Of a stretch of 64,000 nt of DNA, positions 42,897 through 53,600 are shown one piece after another. A model generated the notes under the pieces. The model did not search any database. It was not told the origin of the DNA and saw only the letters and a list, made by a program, of their open reading frames with translations. This DNA comes from Heterodontus francisci (lineage: Eukaryota). Each line of letters opens with the position of its first letter. The first letter of the stretch is position 1. The position numbers and the translations under genes are program-made. The stretch covers positions 114,564,263-114,628,262 of the forward strand of contig NC_090379.1 of assembly GCF_036365525.1 (NCBI RefSeq), in the 5' to 3' direction.

Positions 42897-43028
42897 CTGA
42901 TGAAGAGTCATTGATCTGAAACATTAACTCTGCTTCTCTCTCCACAGATGCTGCCAAACCTGCTGAATATTTCCAGCATTTCGTTTTTATTTCAGATTTC
43001 CAGCATCTGCAGTATTTTGCTTTTATTT
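42897..43028 (+). mobile_element. Penelope-type mini-element with hammerhead-like core
   Basis: CTGATGA..GAAAC core; 16-bp TSD TAATGTCACAGATCTG at 42884-42899 and 43029-43044. Confidence 0.85.
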
Positions 43029-43813
43029 TAATGTCACAGATCTGCGTGTATACTTGGGACTTAGATGATGTCTCAGGTCAGCGTTTAGCCCTGGGTCTTA
43101 GATAATGTCACATATCTGTGTGTATCCCTGGGACCCGAGTGATGTCACATATCTGTGTGTATCCCTGGGACCCGAGTGATGTCACATGTCTGTGTGTATC
43201 CCTGGGACCCGAGTGATGTCACATATCTATGTGTATCCTTGGGACTCGAGTGATGTCACATATCTGTGTGTATCCCTGGGACCCGAGTGATGTCACATAT
43301 CTGTGTGTATCCCTGGGACCCGAGTGATGTCACATAAATGTGTGTATCCCTGGGACCCGAGTGATGTCACATGTCTGTGTGTATCCCTGGGACCCGAGTG
43401 ATGTCACATATCTGTGTGTATCCCTGGGACCCGAGCGATGTCGCATATCTGTGTGTATCCCTGGGACCCGAATGATGTCACATATCTGTGTGTGTATCCC
43501 TGGGACCCGAGTGATGTCACATGTCTGTGTGTATCCCTGGGACCCGAGCGATGTCGCATATCTGTGTGTATCCCTGGGACCCGAGTGATGTCACATATCT
43601 GTGTGTATCCCTGGGACCCGAGTGATGTCACATGTCTGTGTGTATCCCTGGGACCCGAGTGATGTCACATATCTGTGTGTATCCCTGGGACCCGAGTGAT
43701 GTCACATATCTGTGTGTATCCCTGGGACCCGAATGATGTCACATATCTGTGTGTGTATCCCTGGGACCCGAGTGATGTCACATGTCTGTGTGTATCCCTG
43801 GGACCCGAGTGAT
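43029..43813 (+). repeat. 37-bp minisatellite GATGTCACATATCTGTGTGTATCCCTGGGACCCGAGT, left part
   Basis: About 19 homogeneous units, plus degenerate units extending back to ~42860. Confidence 0.95.
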
Positions 43814-44351
43814 TTTAGAATATTATTTTAGAACATTACAGCGCAGTACAGGCCCTTCGGCCCTCGATGTTGCGCCGACCTGTGAAACCATCTGACCTAC
43901 AACTATATTCAGAATTTTAGAACTATGTTTTCAATAATTTTTAAAAGTCTGAATGTTGAGGATTGCTAGTGCTGTGTTTTACCTATCTGGTCTTATTGTG
44001 ATTGTGTTATTGTATATTTCACTTGAGCTGTAAGGTTAATTGAAATCTCAATGTTATTTAAAAAAAATAAGCAAGTTTATAAAGCACTGTCATTGGTGAA
44101 ACTGACTCTGGCGTTTTAAGGATATTTATTTTTACCCAGAACACCACAATCTCATTGCTTCAGCTGGAGGTATTCTGCTGAAACATTTATCTTTGCTTCA
44201 AAGATTGTTGTTACTTTAAAACGAAGTTAATTCTTTTGGAGAATAAAATTATTTTCATTCATTTAAAAGTAAGTTAGGTTCAGTGATTGCATTTTCAAGT
44301 CAATATCGCAACATTGCCAGACTGCCAGTGCTATTATACAATAGCAATTGC

Positions 44352-44683
44352 GGGTGGCGCAGTGGTTAGCACCGCAGCCTCACAGCTCCAGTGACCTGGG
44401 TACTGCCTGTGTGGAGTTTGCAAGTTCTCCCTGTGACCGTGTGGGTTTCCGCCGGGTGCTCCGGTTTCCTCCCATAGCTAAAGACTTGCAGGTTGATAGG
44501 TACATTGGCCATTGTAAATTGCCCCTGGTGTAGGTAGGTGGTAGGAGAATTGAGGGAAGATGGGGATGTGGTAGGGAATATGGGATTAATGTAGGATTAG
44601 TATAAATGGGTGGTTGATGGTCGGCACAGGGTGGGCCGAAAGGCCTGTTTCAGTGCTGTACCTCTCTGACTCTATGCCTATGA
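44352..44683 (+). mobile_element. HE1-type SINE (variant subfamily)
   Basis: HE1 body with B-box deletion. Confidence 0.85.
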
Positions 44684-45690
44684 CAAGCCCACTGGCAATG
44701 GAGTGAAAACTGAGTTAATTGCAGGAAAATGGCGATCACCTTTGCTGTCAATGAGGATGGAGCTATTATAAATACCTTGGCTCATATTTTGTGGTCTGTG
44801 GCAAAGGAATAGCACCCACCATTCATTACACTTAATAGCTACTCACAGACTGTACGTGAGCTTTTAAGTGGCAACTCAGGGTTATTAGAGATTGTTTTGT
44901 TTGACACCCTCCACAGGGCATCTGTAACTTGTGTAAGCAGGGCAAGCAACAGCGTGTCTCTTCAACCAGATTGAAGAATTCTCACTGAGCCATGCAGAGT
45001 CTAAGCCAGGAAATATAAATTAAAATATTTAATTCAATGTAAGCGCATGTACAGAAAGCAAAATAAAGAAAGGGAAAGATGAGGGAAGAAAGAAAGCAGG
45101 AAAAGAGAGAGGCAAGAGACAGAAAAAGTTAAAAAAGTATTTGAATTTTTTCTTAAATTAAGCTTTCAACAATAATTAAATTCTGAAGCAATGAGGCACC
45201 ACACCTCTAACAGTAAATTTTCTATGCTAGAGAGGTTGTTTAGCATTTAAGAGCTATGTTGCCGTTAAAAATTCAATTATACCCAAGTGCACCAGCCCTA
45301 ACTTCTTCTGGCTGTTTAGTAGGTAATAATGGACAAGTATTACAACTACATGTCTTTCCTGTATTTTAATCGTGAATCTCTCAACAAGGTTATGATGTAG
45401 TGAATTTTCTGGACAAGCAGAGTAAATCAGACAGCAACTTCCTGATATCTGTGTTTCACCAGAAGTTGCTGTCCGATTTACACCATAATAATGCTCGCAA
45501 CATCAACCATATTTAATCACAAAATATGGGTCATCAGAACACATGATAAGAAACAGGAGGAGTAGTCCATTGGACCCCTTGAGCCTGCTCCACCATTCAA
45601 TAAGATCATGGCTGATCTGACTGTGGTCTTAATTCCACTTCCCTGCAAGGCCCCATAATCTTCAACTCCCAGGTCAATTATAAATTTAAA

Positions 45691-45824
45691 TAAAAGCAAA
45701 ATACTGCAGATGCTGAAAGTCTGAAATAAAAACAAGAAATGCTAGAAATACTCAGCAGGTCTGGCAGCATCTGTGGAGAGAGAAGTAGAGTTAACGTTTC
45801 AGGTCAATGACCCTTCTTCAGAAC
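45691..45824 (-). mobile_element. Penelope-type mini-element with intact minimal hammerhead core
   Basis: Minus strand reads GTT CTGAAGA A GGGTC ATT GACCT GAAAC GTT AAC. Confidence 0.85.
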
Positions 45825-45966
45825 AATCAACCATGAGGCAAAACATCCTCTCAGCATCTGCCCTGTCAACCCCCGAGAACCTTTTTTTAATTCAATCTTT
45901 CATGGGATGTGGGCATCACTGGCAGGGCCAGCATTTGTTGCCCATCCCTAATTACCCTTGGGGTAG

Positions 45967-46840
45967 TCTTATGACCAAGGTAGGAGGAGTGCACGGTCTT
46001 TTCTGGTTCCACTTCGCCACAGGTCACTTTTTTTTTAATGTTTGATGTATATGCAGTCAATCATATACCTTGCCCTTTATCCCAGAATAAAATACACCAA
46101 CCTGGCTTTTTTTTTAAATAAAAAAAATTATCAGTTTTTTTTTTATAAAACAAGACTTAACCAGTAACAAGGCAAAGCAGTAACACAGATTGAAATATTA
46201 AAGTTCTCTTTTAAAATTCCCCACACACAAACTCACACACACATTGAAAAAAATACAGAAATTCTTTCTGCAGAGATGTTATAAAAAAAGGACAAAAAGA
46301 ATACTTTGGCCAAATACTTGCTAATTCTTGAAGAAAACAAAAAGATATGAAAAGATGTCAGTTGTTTCTTTTTAGTTTGACGTCCCAAATATATGCAGAC
46401 GGCTGTCACTGGGATCTTTCTTGAGCAGTTCTTTTCAGACAACATCGAGGATCAGTTTGGCAGGCTTTCCTGGAGAAATGCAGCATTAGGAGTTTCTGGC
46501 AGGCTTCTCAGGAGAAATGCATCAGTTTCTCTATTTCCTATACTTGATTCTCAAGAAGTTCTCAAAGAGATGGAAGAGGGCGAGCTGATCGTGCCTTCTC
46601 TTGACTGGTTTTCTCCAACTATCTTCAAAACAGTTCACACCTCAACACACTGTCCAAAGCAAAACCAAAAACAATATCTCAAGAGTCAAGCATCCTGACC
46701 TCTATATATCTTAACCCATCACTTCCTTGTAAACATCTTCTCCAGGTCACCAAGGTTTCTGTTGTTTATTGCTTAAAGCACTTGACTTCCAGCAAGGCTG
46801 TTTTTAAACAACATCTCAGTGTCCTTTCAACAAACAACAA
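45967..46840. mobile_element. Possible solo-LTR-like remnant
   Basis: Non-coding segment with general LTR-like character only; termini unconfirmed. Confidence 0.3.
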
Positions 46841-47380
46841 AGTGATGTCACATATCTGTGTGTATCCCTGGGACCCGAGTGATGTCACATATCTGTGTGT
46901 ATCCCTGGGACCCGAGTGATGTCACATATCTGTGTGTATATCCCTGGGACCCGAGTGATGTCACATATCTGTGTGTATATCCCTGGGACCCGAGTGATGT
47001 CACATATCTGTGTGTATATCCCTGGGACCCGAGTGATGTCACATATCTGTGTGTATCCCTGGGACCCGAGTGATGTCACATATCTGTGTGTATCACTGGG
47101 TCCCGAGTGATGTCACATATCTGTGTGTATCACTGGGTCCCGAGTGATGTCACATATCTGTGTGTATCACTGGGACCCGAGTGATGTCACATGTCTATTT
47201 ATTCCTGCGACCCGAGTAATGTCACATGTTTGTGTGTATCTCTGGGACCTGAGTGATGTCATATGTCTGTGTATCCTTGAGACCTGAGTGGTATCACAGG
47301 TTTGTGTGTATCCAGGGCCTGAGTGATGTCACAGGTTTGAGCGTATCCTGGGGACCTGAGTGATGTCACAAGTCTGTGAG
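46841..47380 (+). repeat. 37-bp minisatellite, right part
   Basis: About 14 units of the same repeat, degenerating toward 47380. Confidence 0.95.
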
Positions 47381-47521
47381 TGTGAGATGTTTGGGTTTGT
47401 AGAAGTGAATAATTACAGGCAAGCTTGTGCTCCAGACTCCTAGTGTAGAACTGAATCACTGACACTATGCAGAACTCAGTTTTTTTCTGCAATCTCTTTT
47501 TCAGCCCATCTTCAAGTGAGG

Positions 47522-47611
47522 ATGCAGTCTGCGAACCCCTGGGACCCTACAGCTCCGAACCCGGCAGCCTGTTTTTTGGAGAGGTGCCTGGGAAAGGGAT
47601 TATTGACGCAG
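47522..47611 (+). CDS. HAUS2: HAUS2 coding exon 1 ([30 protein letters not shown])
   Basis: Acceptor tttttcag| 47504, ATG 47522, CAG|gtatta. Confidence 0.92.
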
Positions 47612-50600
47612 GTATTACTGGCTAACCTCACTCGGAGAAATAATGCCTCTTGCACTTTTCAAAATCCATACATATTTTTCTCTAATTCCAGTTGTTTCCT
47701 TGGCCCTACTGCCCAACTGGCTGTTCTTAATTCTTGAAGCCAGTCAGCAACTGTCCCCATGAGGAACTTCCCAGCCATGCCCCATCTGATGCTTGGTGCG
47801 TTGACACTGATACATGCAGGGGTTACCACACTGAGCGGGAGCTCCCAAAACAGAAAGAAAGACTTGAATTTATATAGCTCCTTTCACGACCTGAGGACAT
47901 CCCAAAGCACTTTGCAGCCGGTGAAGTATTTTTGAAGTAAAAGCAAAATACTGCGGATGCTGGAAATCTGAAATAAAAACAAGAAATGCTGGAATCACTC
48001 AGCAGGTCTGGCAGCATCTGTGGAAAGAGAAGCAGAGTTAACGTTTCGGGTCAGTGACCCTTCATCGGAACTGACAAATATTAGAAAAGTCACAGGTTAT
48101 AAGCAAGTGAGGTGGGGGTGGGGCAAGAGATAACAAAGGAGGTCTAGATTGGACCTGGCCACATAGCTGACCAAAAGTCTAGTTACTGTTGTAATATAGG
48201 AAATATGGCAAGATAATCTGTTTATTTGTGATGTTGATTGAAGGATAGATATTGGCCAGGAAAGCAGGAAGAACTCCCCTGCTCTTCTTCGAGATTGTGT
48301 CATGGTATCTTTTACATCCACCTGAGAGGGCTGATTGGGCCTCGACTTAATGTCTCATCCGAGAGTTGGCACCTCCAACAGTGCAGCCCTCCCTCAGTAC
48401 AGCACTGCTGTGTCAGCCTAGATTCTATGCTCAGATCTCTAGAGTGGGACTTGAACTTACTACTACTTTCTGACACAGAGTCAAGAGTGCTAAACTACTG
48501 AGCCACAGCTGACCTGGACACTGGAGCTATTTGTGGAAACCACCCTCCAATGTCAGCCTGGCTGTGATCAGCCAACTGAGCACAGACCAGCCATTGAACT
48601 TGTATCAGGTCAGACTTGACAGGGAATGCTGGCGGGTTATCCAACAAGCTGTATCTCACAGATAGTCCTCTGATGCCCAAACGCACACACTTCCAGTAGA
48701 GGTTGCTCTGTAGCAATTGGATGTGAGATCCAGGACCAATTTTATGTTCTTCTCCCCTTGTTCAGGATGATGAGGCCAGTTAACAGTAGTTCTGCCTCTG
48801 CTGAATGAAACAAACTCTCAGAGACACACAAGAGAAAAGCTTTCCAATAGGCTGACTACATGGTGGTCTCCTCATCCTCTCCCAGGCCATCAAAACCATG
48901 AGGCACCTCCTCTCCCTAAGTCTGCACCTCCTCCCACAGCCTACTGGCTTTTAACAGCCATGCTTGGTATCATCTGAAAAGCTTTCTAAAATCGAAGCTT
49001 AGCCCCTGATTCCAGTCCAGTCTGTTCTAACTTTGGTCCTCGTCTGTACTGTGGGACTCTGTTCCTCAGGGAAATCTAGAATAGGATGTTGTTGTTAGTC
49101 CCAGCACCATGCCTTGCAGAATTGGAGAGACAGGGAGTGAGTCAATTGATGTTGTAGTTACAAGATATGCATTTATTTATTCCCAGGTTACTGACTTGTT
49201 GATTTTCTTCCCCTGTCAAACAGGATATTTTGGATCTAAACAAGGTAGAGTTTGGAAACACAGTGCCATTTGTACAACGCTTCAGACTGATAGATGAAGT
49301 TTCGCACACCAGGGCAGAACTTGAGCAGGTATCAGCTTTTATTTCTCTAGATAATAAAACTGTTCACTCTGTAAAGGGCAGCAAGGAGCCTGTGTTTATA
49401 TAGCACCTTTAACTTGCATCCCAAGGCACTTGGCAGGAGCGTTATCAGATAAACATTTGACACCGAGTTAGGAGAGACCATGCCCTGGAGGCCTGTCAGT
49501 ACAGGACTAGGTTCAAAGTAATGGTCAGCTCCTAATCATTGATGCTGAGTACATTAAGAGCAGCAACTTGTATTTAAACATCATCATATTGTAAAGAAGC
49601 ACCCCAAGATGCTGCCATAAATAGGTGTATGGAAGATGGACACTGAGCCAGGAAGGGAGATGAGGTGTGATCAAAAGCCTGACACGAGAGAGATGTCCCA
49701 AAGTGATTTAGAGCCAATTAAGTATAGTAATAAAAGCAAAATACTGCGGATGCTGGAAATCTGAAATAAAAACAAGAAATGCTGGAATCACTCAGCAGGT
49801 CTGGCAGCATCTGTGGAAAGAGAAGCAGAGTTAACGTTTCGGGTCAGTGACCCTTCTTCGGAACAATTAAGTATAGTTACTGCTGTAATGTAGGGAAACG
49901 CTGCAGTCAATTTGCACATGGAGATAACTCCCCTGCTCTTTTTCTAAATAGTGCCATGGGATCTTTTACAGAGATACCTGAAAAGGCAGACTGGACCTCA
50001 GTTTCATAACATCACATCCCAAAGACAGCGCCTCGGACAGTGCAGCACTCCCTTATTACTGCACTGGACTGTTAGCCTACATTATGTGCTCAAGTGTCTA
50101 GTGTGGGACTTTAATCCCAGACCTCTTACTCAGAGACAAGAGTACTGACCACAATTGACATCTACAGAGAGAGACTGAGGACTAAGGCATGTGTAAGGGT
50201 TTCAGTCAAGTTAGAGGTGGTTAGAGTGGAAATTAAAGTAGCTTGCATGCAATGTTACCCAGGTAAATATGAAAACAATAACTACACTGCAAAACAAAAG
50301 TAATTAATTGGATGTAAAGCCCTTTTGGATGTAGTGAAATTGTGAAATTTCTGTATAAATGAATCTTTGTCTTTTTTGTTTGGCTCTTTTGTTCATTTTG
50401 CAGAATTCATAATAGTTTCATCATACTGTGTGTTTCCCAGCTTTCTCCTCTCATTCCCTGAAGCAGTGACACAGACTGAGATATGATTACTTGAATACTG
50501 CCCACACGTTGACATCTTACCTAAGTGGCCAGTCCTCATGTGGGCCTCACCAGTGAGTGCGAGCACAAAATTATTCTCTGGAGAGGGAGGGGAGCAACAA

Positions 50601-53600
50601 ATTATTGACCTGGTTGGGAGATTGGCTGAGCAGATGGTGGCAGAGAGTAGGCATAATGGGCAGGTATTCTTACTGTGAGGGTGTGACTCGTGGTATCCCA
50701 AAAGGATCTGTGTTGGGGCCTCAACTTTTCACAGTATTTATTAATGACTTAAATGATGGAATAGAAAGCAACATATCCAAATTTGCCAATGATGCAAAGA
50801 TAGGCAGCATTGTAAGCAGTGTAGATAGAAGCATAAAGTTATAGATTAAGTGAATGGGCAAAACTGTGGCAAATGGATTTCAATGTAGGCAAATTTGAGG
50901 TCGTCCACTTTGGATCTAAAACGGATAAAACAGTGTACTTTCTAAGTGGTAAGAAGCTAGAAACAGTGGAGATCCAAAGAGACGTGTGGGTCCAGGTACA
51001 TCGATCCTTAAAATATCATGAACAGGTACAGAAAATAATCAAAAAGGCTAATGGAATGCTGGCCTTTATATCTAGAGGACTAGAATACAAGGGGGTAGAA
51101 GTTACGCTACAGTTATACAAAGCCCTGGTTAGACCATACCTGGAGTACTGTGAGCAGTTCTGGACATCATGCCTTAGGAAGGATCTATCGGCCTTGGAGA
51201 GAATGCAGTGTAGATTCACCAGAATGATGCCTGGACTCCAAGCCTTACTCACAAGGGGAGATTACACAAATTTGGCTTATATTTCCTGGAATTTAGAAGG
51301 TTAAGGGGTGATTTGATCGTGGTTTTAGAGATATGAAGGGGAACTTATTAGGTAGATAGAGAAGTATTTTCTGCTGGTTGGGGAGTCTAGGATTAGGGAG
51401 CGTGGTCTAAATATTAGAACCAGACCTTTCAGGAGTGAAATTGGGAAACACTTCTTCACAGGAAGAGTGGTAGAAGTTTGGAACACTCTTCCACAAACGG
51501 CAATTGATGTTAGGTCAATTGTTAATTTTCAGTCTGAGATTGATAGATTTTTGTTTACCAAAGGTATTAACAAAGGTGGATATATGGAGTTAGGTTGCAG
51601 ATAAGTCATGATCTCATTGAATGACAGAACAGACTCGAGGGGCTAAATGGCCTCCTCCTGTTCCTATGACAGACAACCCAATCCTGTCCTCACCCAGTGT
51701 TCACACATATATATTGCAGCAGGAGGCACTGAACAATGGACACCCTGGCTGATCAACCAAAGAGCTATGAAGCCAGTGGTACAGCTCAAACTTCCAGCCC
51801 GATTGAAATCCAGTCCCTCAACACAGACCAGTAAAGCAGCTGGGACCTGGTCTGTATAGCCAGTAGTGCGCTCAACCACCGAGCTACTTGATGAGTCTCT
51901 GCTGTGTACTGTTGTTCATGTTTCTTCATTTCTTCTGACTGTCAGAAATCTCTGGAGTTAAAGCTGCTGCAGTTGCAGAACGACACAGCAGATATCGCCC
52001 ACCCCATGTGTTTGGGTAAGTCTGCCACGGGTGGCTCTGTGCACGTGAAATATCAATGGGGGCAGATGAGTTGCTGAATGGGTTTGATGTCTCCTTTTAA
52101 GGGACTGGAATTACATGTAGGCCAGACCAGGGATGTGTGGCAGGTCCTTTCCCTCTTGGATATTGGTTGGTTTTTTACAACAGTCTGGTAACTTTCATGT
52201 TGTTTTATCAGCCCACCTATCACCAGATTTATTGAATTAAGTTTCATGACTTGCCAGCTGTCGGGGCAGATTTGAACTCCAATTTGCCAGTCCAGTTCTA
52301 TAACCACGAGGCTACTGTACGCTCTACCCCTGCCAAAATATCTGTTTTTAATACATGGGTCAAGTTCAGAAGAAGGTGAACAGTTTATAATTCGCTACTT
52401 TTTATGTGTGGGATAGACTGCTGAAGAAGGCAGATATTGTGGGAAATAGGTGTGAGAGAGGGATTAGGGAGCAGAACCAGCCAATCCTAAGGGGCCGTCT
52501 AGGGCATTCACTTCCGATGTGACCCAGTGCTGTCAGTCTATCCATCTGAATGTGCTTAGATGTGTTTAGCATGCATTCATTCCAGGTGTCCCCATGGCCT
52601 TGTGGACCATTTGGCACTAATTTCAGAGGATCCCAGGTTCACACCACAGTCTGTGCTGAGTTTTCCAAAGTCACTCCTGAACCAAGAGAGACAAGCCAGC
52701 CAGGGCTGCTGCTCCTGATCACCGCTTGAATGGCCTGTCAGTGCTCAGTGAAGTAAAGCTATTTGGGTGAGCTACAACCTGTAAAACTGCCCAGTGTGAG
52801 TTAGTACCTGAAGGACAAAAGGGGAGAGGCTAGGGGTGAGGGGAAGGAGTCTGCACTGGTTTGGTGTGAATTGCTCTGTGTATCAGGTACGCAGTGCTGC
52901 GGCACCACATATTTGACCTGCTTCTCTTGTATTGCTAGCTGAGAAATACAGTGAGCTTCAGTCGATGAACAGCCACTTGGAGGCGATCTTGCAGGAGAAA
53001 GTGTCGCTGAAGCAGCGGTTGGTGCAGCCTATTTGCCATCAGTGCCTGCCTGTGGAAGCCAATTGTCACAGGTGAGCTGTCGAACATCCCGACTGGAGTT
53101 GGGTTTAGCAATGTCAGCACCATGGTAACTGGAATATAATTAGGGCCCATACCTCAAAGCCAGTTTCTGAAGCAATCCCAAATGGATTCTGGCCAATATT
53201 TGAAGACATCTCAATCTGATTTTAATATTAAGTTTTGTGCGTGGTGTTGCAAGGTAGAGTTCACTAAAGAGTACTTTGAGAAGAGAATGGTATGTTGCTT
53301 GAATGGCCTCATCATTCTTTCCATTCTGCAATGGTTTGGTGTTTCTGTGCATTAGCATTTTCACATCAATGCTGCATCTTAGAAAGGGAACCTTACCATC
53401 TGAACCTTCTTTTGGAATGTATTGTGAAGAAAATTAGAATTACTATTAACAAACTATGTGTCAGCCTTGGCCCAATGGGAGCACTCAGCCTCTGAGTCAG
53501 AAGGTCGTGGGTTCGAGACTGTCTTGAGCTTCAAATGTAGGCTGACATGGCAATGACCATCTCCAGCAACAGAGAACCTAACCATCTCCCCTTGACATTC

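Noticed and set aside
43029-47380. 37-bp palindromic repeats as a CRISPR array
   Set aside because: Units are head-to-tail with no unique spacers, no cas genes are present, and the context is a vertebrate intron.
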